In this document: positions 1 to 12,807 of the stretch, piece by piece
Position numbering within the stretch: position 1 is the stretch's first letter
Layout: each line of letters begins with the position of its first letter
Source: Felis catus
Lineage: Eukaryota
Direction: 5' to 3'
Assembly: GCF_018350175.1 (NCBI RefSeq)
Contig: NC_058368.1
Location: forward strand, 234,858,001-234,922,000
DNA: 64,000 nucleotides
Program-made: the position numbers and the translations under genes
The notes under the pieces: model-generated
Seen by the model: only the letters and a program-made list of their open reading frames with translations
The model's database searches: none
Told to the model about the DNA's origin: nothing

Positions 1-87
1 CCGATGAGTCCTCTCGGGCCCCTTTCCTGACTGCTCCTTCGATAGCAGGGCACAGAGGTCGCATCTCATATATACAGATGAACAGCA

Positions 88-291
88 GGGGCTCCTGGGG
101 GGCTCAGGCGGTTGGGCGTCCAACTCTTGATTTTGACTCAGGTCACGATCTCACTGTTCATGTGATTGAGCCCCGTGTCAAGTTCTGCACTGACAGAGCG
201 GACCCTGCTTGGGATTCTTTCTCTCTCTGGCCCTCCCCCACTCTCTCTCATTCTCTCTCAAAATAAATAAGTAAATAAACGCTGAAAAAAA
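88..291 (+). mobile_element. Can-SINE (older copy)
   Basis: GGGGCTCCTGGGGGGCTCAG tRNA-like head, CT-rich segment, AAATAAATAA tail. Confidence 0.9.
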
Positions 292-297
292 GGATTA

Positions 298-505
298 GGG
301 GTGCCTGGGTGGCTTAGTGGGTTAAGCGGCCGATTTTGGCTCAGGTCATGATCTTGCGGTTAGTGAGTTTGAGCCCTGCATCGGGCTCTGTGCTGACAGC
401 TCGGAGCCTGGAGCCTGCTTCGGATTAAGTGTCTCCCTCCCTCTCTCTCTGCTCCTTCCCCACTCATACCCTGTCTCTCTCTTTCTCCAAAAAATAAACA
501 TAAAA
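298..505 (+). mobile_element. Can-SINE inserted at the tail end of the previous SINE
   Basis: Full head/body/tail; TSD AAAAAAAGGATTA at 285-297 and 506-518. Confidence 0.92.
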
Positions 506-899
506 AAAAAAAGGATTAATGGTGCTTTTCCACACCGAAGGATCAGAAATGGGCATCTCAGAGCTTCTTGACCCGCGGTTGGGAGGGCTGGCTTGGATAT
601 GGGATTCACACCACAGAGGACAGGCGGATTGCTTCTGGTGACTTCCCCTCTCAGGAGCATTGGCAGCCTGCAAACAGGGCCAGCGCAGGAACCCTGGTGG
701 CCTGTGAGCATATGCTGGCTGGCGGCAGGGACAGGGAGATTTACGCCAGACCCTAATATAAAGGATCCACTGAGATAAAACATCTAGACAGTTCAGAGCA
801 ATATTGCGACATGCACTTTTCTTCACGTATAGAATTGCATCCTTTCTGCAAATGTTTGTTTCTTCGGCCCCCAGAGCTGTAGAAAAGAAATGTGATAAG

Positions 900-931
<32 letters not shown>

Positions 932-3900
932 GAAAAGGCCTTTTTCCGAGGAGCATGAGGAAACTCCAAATTAGCATATATTTGCAATCTTAGCCCTTCT
1001 GGGATGACTTTCAGGTTACGCTGCGTCAATCCCACCTGAAGAGGAAAGCCCAGGGTACCCATCATCCCCACGGGGAGGCGGTCTTGCGAGGAGGTCCTGG
1101 GGGCACAGCATCACTGCCGCTTCCAGGTCAGCATGCCGTGTCAAGGTCATGGTGGCTGTGAGGCTGGGCTGGGGGCCAAGAGCATCTGCCAGCAAAACAC
1201 GTTCCTAAGAGAAGAGCTACACCAGGCCACGGGTTGGGGGACCGAGCTGTAGCTGTTGGGACTGGTTGGGGGCACACCGCAGGGCTCCCAAGTTACAGCC
1301 CTGCCCTCCCATGGTTATTTTCTCCAGAAGGACGTGATAAGAATATGAGACGTGTATCTTTTTATGTCCATTTGCTTTCGCTTCTCCTCCTTCCAAACTC
1401 GGCTCCAGATCCCGTGGCAAACAAGCAGAAAACTGTTAACCCACAATCCCTTGTGCCTTCAGGATGGACGGGATAGATGAACGTGATGTTTTTTCAACCT
1501 TTGCAGGTAAACATGTTATTGGATAACATTTTTGAGCAAAGAGAAAAAAATGGCAGGTACAGATTTATGCATCTTTTAACTATGAAACGGTTTTCCAACG
1601 AGGAGCCTCCTTTTGAGGCTTTGATTTCAAGAGACTGGAGTGTGGCTGCAGGGCCCCAAAGTCCTCAACTCCCCGTAGGGCTGAGTCTCAGCCTCCAGGG
1701 ATGGCTGGGGGGGGGGGGCAGCCGAGGGGGCGCCGGGGGCCGTGATGTCACGTAGGCAGAGTGCATTGCTCAGCGTGGTGTTGATTGCCCATCTGAATTC
1801 TGCACTTGAGTTTGAAACGGCTGGAATTCACTTGATGTGAGGTGGCAGGGCAGCAGACGGTGGCAGCGTGGTTCAGGGGAGGTGAGCCTGGAAGGGTCAG
1901 GAGCCAGGATAGGCCACCTGCGTCCCCCTCCCCGCAGCCACCCGCTCGCTGCCCGCCCTGAGTCAGCAAAGGCAAAGGAGAGAGGGAGCAGTAGTCCAAC
2001 AGATCCTTTTCTGTGTCTCCCCACTTAACTGCCCTCCACCGCCATTCACATCCTTGTACGCTAGTTTCTAGAATTTTCCACGAGGCGGTGTCTCTGTGGC
2101 GGAGTCCGGTGCTTCATATCGCTTTGCGTGTGTCTTGTCCCATCTCTATTCAGGACGGAGACAACGGCAGACAGCTTCTCAGCAAGAGACACAGCTTGCA
2201 ATCCCGCAGAGCCGCGAACGTGAGATTGGAGACGTGTCTAGACAGCATATTTAGACAACCAGAAAGGAAACACAGATGTCCCCGGCTCCCGATACCAGTG
2301 CTACGTGGCTCTGTGCTCTCTGCTGCATCTCCCTTCTTCATCTCCCGGGACGAGAGCCACGACACCCAGCACGCTGGAGGCACTGGATTTCTCTGCTGAT
2401 CAGAGGCAGCTCTCATCCCTCGCAGGACCTGCCCCGCTCCCGGGATTTAAAGGCCGTCTCCTCGTCAACCGGGCTGTTCCCGACATGTGCAAAAATCTCT
2501 CCCTTCTGGACCTCCCTGGCCAAGGACGACTTCCTTCTCTAGCCTCTTGGCAGCCTGTGCCGACCATGCCACCCTGGGGACAGAGACCCGCAGAGAGGGG
2601 CATGCACTGAGGGTGAGCGGTGACTCCACGGACATGCTACGTGGGACGGGAAAAGAGCCACGTCCTGCAAAATTGCACGAGCTACCAGGGCGCTGGCGGC
2701 CGAGATGGAGCCTCATGGAGGTTGGGTTGCCTTAGAGCTGGTTGGGTTCCCGGAAAGGCCATGAGCGAGGAAGTCGATGGCCCCACAGCGGGACGAATCA
2801 GAGTCAGTCGCGCAGAGAGGGCCACATTAACCTCCTTCCTGGGTATTTTTACTCAGAGAGAACAAGTTTTCTCCAAGAAGAGCCCTGAGGACAAACCCCA
2901 AACCCCACAAATGGATACACCCCCAAGCGGCCTCCAGTCTGACAGCCATCGCCCCCTCGGCCACACGCTGCCTCCCATCTGTCCCTCCGCAGGCCCCCCC
3001 ACGACACCTGTAGCAGAACATCAACCCCCCACAGTCACCAAACCCTGGATCCTTAACTTTGAGAAGGAACCCGTCCAACTTGGCTGAAACTCTTCCGTGG
3101 CTGGGGAGAGAGAACAACGCCAGAAATAGACGTCTCGAGAACTTTGGGGGATAATAAGAAGGAGGGCTACAGATGGCGAGATATTTTTCAATCCTGTGAT
3201 TAATTCTTAATGAACTTTTACATTCCCGCAAACAGAACTGAATCAGCTGGTAACTCCCTCCCAGAAGAGGGGCAGGACTTCAAAGGAAAGTTGCTTTTGG
3301 CTCACAGAACAAAACAGAGCAACAATTCAAAACAAATGTTAATACAAGCAGTTCTAACTCAGACGGAGATTGAGCTCCAAATGCTCATTTTTGGACATTT
3401 GTGAAGCACTGCGACCACTTCCTCTGAAAGCAGACACATCCATACATCAGAGCGGAGTGAGGGGGAAAAATGGTCTGTGTCTCGTTCTGTCGTGGTGTTT
3501 GAAATGCTCTGGGCGCCGGCCCAGGAGCGAACCCCCCTACACACACAGGGTCTTGTGGGGAGATCTCTGAGCTTGAGATCCGGTGGCCATGACCTCGTTT
3601 TCAAGTCGGAGAAAGCACAGCCTGCAGTGGTGTGGAGGGAGGAAGTTTTGGGCTGGCCGACCCCCTCTTGAAAGTTCTTCCCCCTGAAGGGATTCTGAAC
3701 TGGGCCGGGACAAAGCAGGAGGTTTTAGAGTGGGTTTTCCTGATGCCTGCTGAAAAGGTATTGTGTCCATTGAATTCAATGCTAGTAAGGCAAGGACCGC
3801 CTGTGGGGCAGAGCATTGCAGAGGATAGGACTGGTCTCGCTCCCCCATTGTCATCGCACCTGAATCCACCTGCCCTCCGGTGTTGGCTTTTGCATCCTGT

Positions 3901-3994
3901 TAGAAACTTGGATCTGCCATTTCTCTACTCACATAGCTCGGTTTCCTTTTCTTGTACTCAGCAACTCAGGTGCTCTGAGAAGAGAGTACTGTGT

Positions 3995-4216
3995 GGGGCG
4001 CCTGGATGGCGCAGTCGGTTAAGCGTCCGACTTCAGCCAGGTCACGATCTCGCGGTCCGTGAGTTCGAGCCCCGCGTCGGGCTCTGGGCTGATGGCTCAG
4101 AGCCTGGAGCCTGTTTCCGATTCTGTGTCTCCCTCTCTCTCTGCCCCTCCCCCGTTCATGCTCTGTCTCTCTCTGTCCCAAAAATAAATAAACGTTGAAA
4201 AAAAAAATTAAAAAAA
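3995..4216 (+). mobile_element. Young felid Can-SINE (SINEC_Fc type)
   Basis: CpG-rich body; perfect 16-bp TSD AGAAGAGAGTACTGTG at 3978-3993 and 4217-4232. Confidence 0.95.
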
Positions 4217-4339
4217 AGAAGAGAGTACTGTGGCGTGTCTAGGGTCTCATGGTCCAAAAACTGAGGTTACTGCCAGAGACTATTACTACGGCGCCAGATA
4301 AAGGTGCTTGTGTTCAATACAAGTAGGCAAAGCAAGGAA

Positions 4340-4860
4340 TTTAGGGCTGTGGAGGCTGGGATTTGCATTCTTGATCCCTGCTGAGGCTCTGGGAGGCAGC
4401 TGTACATCCACATTTCTTATTGGCCAGAAGGAGATAATAATACCTACCTCTCAGGGCTCATGTGGCCCTGGGACATCATTAAAAATTTATGTACATAATA
4501 AACCAGCGTAAAGCTTTTATCAAGAAAGCTTGATTATTTAAAACGCGATTGAAAGAGTACCTATTATATTAAGACTGCACTGAAGGGGACATTGGTTTCT
4601 AACAATATGACCTTCTAAACCCAAATGTGTAACAATTATGACAGTTGCTGCTTACAGAGAGCCTAAAAGCGGCTCTAAATGCTTTCTATCAGCTAACTTA
4701 CTCATTTCTTACACATCAAATGAGAAAGGGAATGCCCCATCCCGATTTACAAATGACATACCTGAAGCAGGGAAGTTAGGAAACTTTCGACGCTTTCTAC
4801 ACATCCTGAGGGGTGAGACTGGGCTGGAGCCAAGGCTATAAGGCTCTAGAGTCCACCCTA
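4340..4860. mobile_element. Two degenerate MIR relics (+ about 4340-4510, - about 4680-4860)
   Basis: MIR-core-like GAGATAATAATACCTACCTCTCAGGG, and reverse-like CCCGATTTACAAATGA...CTGAAGCA. Confidence 0.5.
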
Positions 4861-5938
4861 TTAGCTGCTATGCCATACTGTCTTGCAAATCAACTAGGAA
4901 ACAGATAGACATGCTGTGATATATGTTGGAATGTATAGATAAGATATCGGGAAAGCAACAGAAATTTCCGGGGGTGCTGAAGTGTGGGGCCTGAGAAGAA
5001 AGGTACAAGCAGCATCTGTTGCTAAAGCTTCTAGAAAGGATGAGAAACGGGGAGACCAGGCTGCGGGTGGGAGTGGAAGTCTGTGTAAGAAAAGCCATGG
5101 GTCTCCACAAGGTCTATGGCACCCAGTTAGGAGCCTCACAGAATTACATGGTCAGTAAAAGGGGGAGGAAGAAACGTCTGCTGATTAGTTCAGGAAGAAA
5201 ACAAGCAGCCTCGCTTGCCTTGGTCTGGGCTTTGAGAGGAAAAGAAGTACTTCCAGAGAACAGTTAATGTGGGCCAGCCTACCCGGTGAAATTTATATTA
5301 CGTCTATCTGGAAGGTCCTGAACTGGCATACCAGTGGCACGCAGGCAGAATACCCCAGGCACAACCAAAAGGAAACACTGAAACCCCGTCCTGGGGACTT
5401 ACCTCCAACCTAGTCTGCCAAAGATTACCAGCTACAGCATCCACCCAAGATGAATCCACAGTTCGCGCACTAAGGAAGAACCTGCCACGACAGGGGTCAG
5501 AGGACACGGTCAGTCACGTGAACTGTCCCAGAGCATCAGGTGGAAGACTACCAGGGAGTGCCTGGGAGATGACAACATTAAAAATGACCCAAGACATGAA
5601 GAGAAGGACTCAACGTGTAAGGAAGATACAAGATACAACTGAATACAGGGCAGATGTGAAAATCACCCAATAACTGAAATGAAAAATTGAGGAAACGGGG
5701 AGATTGTACGAAGCAGAAGAGAGCGATAATGGACTGTAGGATCGCTCTAGGGACCTACTCAACTTTACCACAAGGCTTGTTTTAGGGACTAAGTGAAATG
5801 GTATTTACAAAATGCTTAGAAGATTATAATCACAGAATAACTCTTCTTAAATAAGATTTTTTAAAACAACGCATATTATTATATATATGTGTGTAACTAT
5901 ATATATGTAACTATCAATAATTATGTGTATGATAATTA

Positions 5939-6043
5939 AATAATTAATAAATAATTAGCAATGTTATGTTATATGGGTGATATAACACGTATATCAATAT
6001 ATCACCCATATAACATAACACTGTTAATTATTTATTAATTATT
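5939..6043. repeat. Near-perfect inverted repeat, 46-bp arms with 13-nt spacer
   Basis: 5939-5984 is the reverse complement of 5998-6043 with 2 mismatches. Confidence 0.9.
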
Positions 6044-7412
6044 AAATATGAATATATACTTAGTATATATTACATATAATATATGTATCATATATAATAC
6101 ATATAATAATTGTATATGTAATTTCCAAAAGGAAACACATATTTCTTAACAGAAATGAGGGACCAAATTATTGTTGTATATTCCAAAAGGATTTCAAGAG
6201 GAGAAAACACAGAGAGTGGAAGAGAAGAAACAGTCCAAGTGTAATGGCTGGAAATTTCTCAAAAATATCAATGAATCCAGTAAATAAAATATATGCACAC
6301 CTAGACACATCATGATGAAGCTATGAACTCCAAAAAGAAAAAAAAAAAGATCTTAAGTGTTTCCAGTGAAAAAAAAAAACAAAGTTACTTCCATAGTGAA
6401 AATTTGCCTGGAAAAGACTTCTCAATATCAACAATAGAAATCATGTGACAATGAAATAATCTATAAAGTATTAAAAGAAAATAACCTGCTTAGAATTTTG
6501 TATCCAGCTGAAGTATTAGTATTATTTAATAATGAGTGTTAGATAATGCTCTTTTCAGACAAGGATTGAGGAAGTTCACCTCTATAACTCTCTGTAAAAG
6601 AGTAAGATTAAACACTGTAGAAGGAAGAAATGGAAGCCAGAATAAATCGTAGGGAGAATCGTTGGTCCATCTAAATGAGCATGATTGTTCTAAAGCCATA
6701 AAAATAGTAACGATTAGATTATTCATGCTCTATGATGAAGAACAGGAAAGACAGGAGGGCAGTCGTCTAAAGTACTGTTAGATCGCAGATGAGAAGAACA
6801 TAGAGGTCATGATTAATTTTACTTTTTTGGGTAAGTCAAATATATGTGGTAAAATCTTGAGTGTGATCACAAAAGGCCACGTGCCAGAGAATATGCCACG
6901 TCTAATGATTAAAGGAATACAGTGGAGTAAAAAGTATTTGATGAGTACAACAGGAAGAAAAGGAGAATAGAGAGCAAATTCACAGACACAACGGGAGATT
7001 TTAACACCCTTCTCAATTACAAGGATGTGGTAATTATATACACTGTAATTGACAATTTCAGTTGAATGAAACATACATAAAACCCTGTCCTCGCGTATAA
7101 TTGTTTTGAGCGCATATAGAACCATTGTAAAAACTGACCCCTTATGGATGACTGAATCTCATCAAATACTAAAGAATGTCTATCATAAAGGAGCATCTAA
7201 AGATGATGACATTTTGGAATAAGTTTAAGGAGAAAAATTTTGACAATATTGAGAGACAGAGAGAGATTCAGATGATGAGACCCAGACTACTTACAAAGGA
7301 GTGGAGTCAGATCAACACCAAACTCATATGCAAGGATGGATGTTAGAGTGACTGAGGAGTAAGATCCTCAAAGGTTTCCAACCTTTGGAAACTTGGGAAA
7401 AGTTACTTTAAT

Positions 7413-7668
7413 GTTTATTTATTTATTTATTTTGAGAGAGAGAGAGAGGGAGAGGGAGGAAGGAGAGGGAGAGGGAGAATATGAATGAGCACGAGCAGGG
7501 GAGGGGCAGAGAGAGAGGGAGAGAGAGAGGGAGAGAGAGAATCCCCAACATGTTCCACGCTGTCAACACAAGGTCCGATGTGAGGCTCAATCCCATGAAC
7601 CGTGAGATCAGGATCTGAGCCGAAATCCAGAGTCAGACACTTAATGGACTGGGCCACCCAGGCACCCC
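7413..7668 (-). mobile_element. Can-SINE
   Basis: T-rich tail, (GA) tract, ends CCCAGGCACCCC; imperfect TSD GGAAAA(G)TTACTTTAAT. Confidence 0.9.
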
Positions 7669-8271
7669 AGGAAAATTACTTTAATCTCAGCGTACTTCAT
7701 CCTGCTAAAATCACATTTCAGGATAAGAGCTAAACACTTTGGAATGTACGGCCAACCTATAGAAGCTTCGCAAACCACACTCCCTCCCTGCGAGAGTTAC
7801 TCTGAATTTACCATAGCGAAATACAAAATGAATACAAATAATGAGAGAATGTCAGGCACAAGACGCAAGGACATTGGTGTGGTTGAATAAAAGAGGACAA
7901 TTAATACGTATCTGGCAGGCAATGCAGGGGATTCCATGGGAGAGGGGATGGGAGCAGCGGGGAGACATAAGTAGCGTGATCTGGTTCTTGCCTCGTCAGA
8001 GGGAGGAGGTGAAAGACAGACGTGGATAAAATATGTTTATGGAACCGGCATCTAAGGGTAATCCAGAGATATGTAAATAGGATTTGTAAGTTCAACGCTA
8101 CGTGAAGAAAAACTGGAAGAAAATCTGCTCTCCAAGTGAAAATAAAATTAACCGCACTGAGTCAGTTCTCCGTGAGTCAGAATAGACAGAGCTAACAGGA
8201 GAGTCACACGCACGAGAACTTCACTCTCAGAGAGACTTTATAAACTATAAAATGTTTAAATTTATTAATAT

Positions 8272-8376
8272 ATTTTTTAAAGATTTTAAGTCATCTCTAC
8301 ACCCCAAATGGGCTCAAACTCAGAGCCCCAAGATCAAAAGGCACACACTCCTCTGAATGAGCCAGCCAGGAGCCTC
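8272..8376 (-). mobile_element. Short tRNA-Lys-like Can-SINE lacking the CT tract
   Basis: Reverse strand resembles GGCTGGCTCA...GTTTGAGCCC...GGTGTAGAGA; TSD TTAAATTTATYAATAT at 8256-8271 and 8377-8392. Confidence 0.8.
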
Positions 8377-10290
8377 TTAAATTTATCAATATTTTTAAAA
8401 AGCATAGACTTCATGATGTAAGGTCAGGCCACAAAGGGAACAAAGAGTATTTTTAAAAAAAGAAAAAACAACTCTTCTAAAATTTAAAATACGATAATCC
8501 AAAAGAGTGAAGAACATACCGAACAATACGTTCGATCCATTTGAAGAGATGGGAATTAATTGGACAACAGATACGCAGAAATGAGCCGGAATGAGACGCA
8601 GAAGGAGGGAGAGATGGATATTTACGAAAACAACTCAAATTCACTTAATGGCAGAAGGAGGTTTAACACATTTCTAGTGGAATTTGGGGTCAGAGTCAGT
8701 TTTCCAAGAAGCAGCAGCTAAGAATTTTTCTAGACCTGAAGAGGGGAGAAAACCCTATAGGACAAACACAGAGACAGAGAGAGATTACGTATAAAGGGAT
8801 GACAATTTCACTGTCCTCAGGGTTTCATCAGTAGCAAAGTGCTGAGGGCGTAGATCTGCCAAATTAGGAACCAGAAAAGTCAAGACACAGAGAAATGATT
8901 GCTACCAGACTCTCACCGGGTGGCTTTTAGTAATTGAAGGAAATCAGTGATGAGGAAATGGAATTCCGAATGAGGCAAGTGGATGTTAGAAGCAACAGTG
9001 AGCAGGGAAACTGGCCGGGGATGTTAGTTTACCTAAACAGATGTCGACCGAAGGAAACGCCAGGGCGACTCAGTGCATCGAAGTTTGCAGGTATGACAGT
9101 GATCACTCAGAATAAAACCCACAATGCCCCGCAGAGGCTGGTCCACGGCCACCTCCCTAACGTCACCACCATCCCGCTGCTCCTCTCTCGCTTGCAGGGC
9201 TCTGGCCACACAGGTGTGTGTCCCTCAGATGAGCCGTGGCCCTTTGTGCACGTTTCTTACACTCTCCGAGTTCCCGTTCGCTCAGTGACAAAGTGTGCAT
9301 GGTAACAACTGCTCATGGAATGTCCAGAGGGTTAAACGAGCTCTGGGAGCCTTTGCAAAGCAAGGCTTGTACGTGGCAACTCGTCTGCATCTGACTTTCC
9401 CAATCCCTCCCGACCACCAATGTCCGGCTGCCAGGAGGTGTGACAGCCCACAGAATCCCCTCCCCTGTCCTGCAGGGACCCAGTGCTGTCCAGCACACAG
9501 GGAACCAGGGAGAGAGCCCAGCCCGGTACCCGGCACAAAAGCCTTGCTTTAAGAACACCTGTCATCTGACCATAATCTGGCTGGAGCCCTCTCGGTACTA
9601 AGACGTTACCTGCAAGGCTGCTTTTGGCATCAAGCCCTCCCAATGCTTGGCATCGGATTCACACGTCCAGATGGTTTCTGTACAACGTTTATTCGGCAAA
9701 ACGAGCCACGCCTCCAAACCCAAGTGTCTGGAGGCTGATGAGACGCCAGGAGGCTGATGAGATGCCAGCCTGGAGCAAGGGAACCAGCTCGCGAGGAAGC
9801 AAACCAGCACCCCTCTCCTCTCTCTCTCTGGGTTTGCATCTTTTGGGTGTCCCTCTGCAGAGGGCGACAATGAGGGTGCAATTTCCCCGCACACAGATGA
9901 CTCCCTGGCACATGCTGTTCCCTCAGCGCGCTCCCTCCTGTCGTGACACGGAGCTGATCCCGCCGGGGACACGGACACCTTCGTAGAACAATGTCATGCT
10001 AACCTTGCTCTCTGAGGCTCCAATGAAACGATATATTCAGCACAGCCTTCCCAGTTTCAAAAAGAATCCTAAGCACTACAAGCAGTAATTGCAGATGCTG
10101 ATTAACATTTATTAAAAGAGGAAAATTTTAACATGAAATAGAAAGGTGGAAAATAATACGGAAAAGGAGGGAGGTGACGAATACAGGAGCTGGCACAGGT
10201 AATGTGTAGGCGGGTGTGGACTTCCTTTCATTCTCTTTTGTGTTTGTATTGAATGTTTATGATGCCATAGAGGGTTAGGCTCTGATGCAG

Positions 10291-10291
10291 G

Positions 10292-10338
<47 letters not shown>
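10291..10338. repeat. (GC)5(AC)n microsatellite
   Basis: Read directly from the sequence. Confidence 0.95.
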
Positions 10339-10379
10339 AATTGTGCTGAACAAAAGACAACGCATTCATATGATGAAAT

Positions 10380-10740
10380 TTTAACTTCCTCACACATGCA
10401 GTCCCATCTTGGCCATTGTATGTTAATTTATAACTTTTGATTATTCAGTAGGATTAATGGAGACTCTGCCAGTAAAGAAAGACATTGTTAACAAAATAAC
10501 TATGCAAATAAATTTGCAGGTTTAAGATAGCTATTTTTTTTCAGATTCTCTCCAGCATATTCAAATTACCCAGTTGCTTGTCAACAATTGATATATGCTA
10601 ATTAAAAAATAAATCAAAGCTTTTTATGAAAGTATTAACCAATGTAATTTACATTTCTTTAAAAACATTCAATAGTTCAAACTCTCCATCAATTTCTCTA
10701 ATGAGATCTCACCGACTATAGTTGATTTATACACATGGAC
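10380..10740. promoter_or_regulatory. Candidate developmental enhancer / conserved non-coding element
   Basis: AT-rich DNA with no repeat I recognise, carrying octamer, SOX, TCF, GGATTA and PBX-HOX-like motifs. Confidence 0.35.
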
Positions 10741-12807
10741 GCATGCGGACACCTACACGGGTGTGTAATCCATCAGCCGGGCGACTTCTCAGACCTCTAA
10801 CTTGCAGTACATACTGGTCTCAACTTGAACAATTATATTATCATTTCTTTTCCTCTCCTTTCTTGCTTTAGGCAGAATATCCCATAGCTATTATTTGGTT
10901 ATAGGATACAAACGCTCTTTAGTTTTGACTTTTTTTGACATATCGGAGGCAAACCTCTGCTTTAGTCTGTACCTCGATGGTCTAGAGCTTTGGATTTGAC
11001 ATCGTGAGAGAATTCAGGAATGCTATTGGAAAAATACCAGTGAAAGACAGAATCGTTGAAGCAGGTGTATCACTGGAAGGTCCAGTGGTTTTCAACTGAT
11101 GTAGGTCAGCTCTCCACGGAACAAACGTACCACTTAAATACGACGCAACCAGAAGGAAGCCCACAGCTTTAAAAGGTTGCGGCTTTGCCTCCTACCTGAC
11201 CTCGATTCTCAATTTCCTGGGAAAACAATTCCTTGAAGTTCAAGCCGGTTGCTGAGCAATCTTCCTACAGCTTGAAATGACCATGCTGGCTTTGCCCATT
11301 TGTCCTTTTAAGATACTTGAATGGTTTGGGGGGAATTTTCAAGGTTAAGGCAGACCCTTGACAGATGACTTGCATAGAAAGAACGAGCCAGGAGCTTCTA
11401 TTGGGTAAACAGAGGACTGAGTTGTAGGAGACACTCACAATTTGAAGACTAGTAGTTGTGACTCAGAGGCTCAAGGTTAAGATCCAACAAAAGTTTGAGA
11501 CCCAGGGATGCACACAACAGACGTGAAGAGAAGACAGTGCACCATGGGACCACAGAGAAGCAGATGCCGTAGAAAGGAAACATTTCCACAAGGAAACGCA
11601 CCGCAGCGGGCACTGTTCTTGGCTACTTAAAAAAAGGAATAAACCCCTGTGAGCCCGAGCGGTACAGATTGGAGGAAAGGGTGTGTGAGAAAATGTGAGC
11701 TCAGTAGCACTGGTGCCTTTCTAGCAGTTTCCAACAGTACGTCACGTGAGATTTTCTGCACGAAAATCTCATATCATGTTTCAGTTTGTAAAGCATTACG
11801 CACACCACTTGCCCGCATCTCCGTGGTCAAGAGCGTGGCCGAGGTGGCCTTCGAGGGTTATTCTGAGGTTGCAGGAGGAACCAGCACAGGACTGGAGGAA
11901 GACAGTTCAGGTGCCGTGAGGAACCAGGCGTCCGCGTGGAGTCACAAAGTCCAGGCTTTCCACCTCTTTGGCCACCTACTGGCTGAATGTCTTAATTGCT
12001 GACTCAACTCAATAGCTACCGTCAGCCCCCACATGGGAATGCTCTGGAGGGTCACAGCGGAACTGGGGGCTTGGAAAAATCACACAGCCTCTTGGAACCC
12101 CAGTCTCTTCATCTGACAAACGGAAATTAAATTACTGAATTTTCCAGGTAGCCGAAATTGGAATAAATGGCAGGTATGGTAAAATAATTCTGGTAGCTAA
12201 TGAGAAATTGTTCTATGCCAGAAATTGTGCTAAATGCCTTATGGATCCTATCGTATTTAATATAAAACGGCCGTATGCAAACAGGAATGACCGGGGAAGC
12301 TTTGTGGGGCTGCCTGGCAAGGAGGTGCTGTGTCCACTTTCCACTTCTCCGGCACCTGTGCCCTCCCTGGCCCCTCAAGACGGGCAGCGACCAGTGCGGG
12401 GCCTGCCTGGGGCAGAGCGTTCTGGTGCCTTCCGGCGTCCTCCGGCCCAAGCAGGCCTCTGGGACGCCCAGAGAACACAGGAGCCACGCACCCACGTCGG
12501 GTTGCCTTCCAGGCCACACCAAGACAAGCGGCTGAAGTTTGCCTTAAGCCTTTTTCACTGCAAAGCACACAAGGTGCGTTCTACCACGATGACCGTTTCC
12601 GGGGGGGACACTGAGGCACGGAGAACTAGAGCAGTCTGCCCAAGGTCAGCAACGGTGGCAGGGTGGGGTTCCCTCCCATCTCTCTTTGACCTTGTCCTTC
12701 AATGCTTGGGTGCTTCCTCCCTGCCCTTCCAAGGGCCATGTTTGCCTGAGGTGATGAAGCCACCCCACCCTTCGTTTGCTTGCAGAACCTCCCTCCACTT
12801 TCTGCCA

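Larger units (their letters stand above)
5600..9050 (+). mobile_element. Highly degraded ancient L1 (ORF1 / ORF2-start-like) fragments, interrupted by other repeats
   Basis: A-rich + strand; ORF1-like motifs ACACCTAGACACATCATGATGAAGCT and TTAGAATTTTGTATCCAGCTGAAGTA; boundaries approximate. Confidence 0.5.

Noticed and set aside
900..926. Isolated poly-A run
   Set aside because: No retroelement body or TSD; a simple mononucleotide repeat.
3632..4198. Recurrent peptide GAPGWRSRLSVRLQPGHDLAVREFEP (also near 33.2 and 50.4 kb)
   Set aside because: SINE translation, not a gene family.
8272..8376. tRNA-Lys-like sequence (also 33545-33642)
   Set aside because: Degenerate stems, an A-rich tail and TSDs identify SINEs rather than tRNA genes.
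10985..11100. Protein-like peptide FGFDIVREFRNAIGKIPVKDRIVEAG
   Set aside because: Short and stop-bounded, no clear splice signals, and the 3' part resembles a MER/MIR-type relic.
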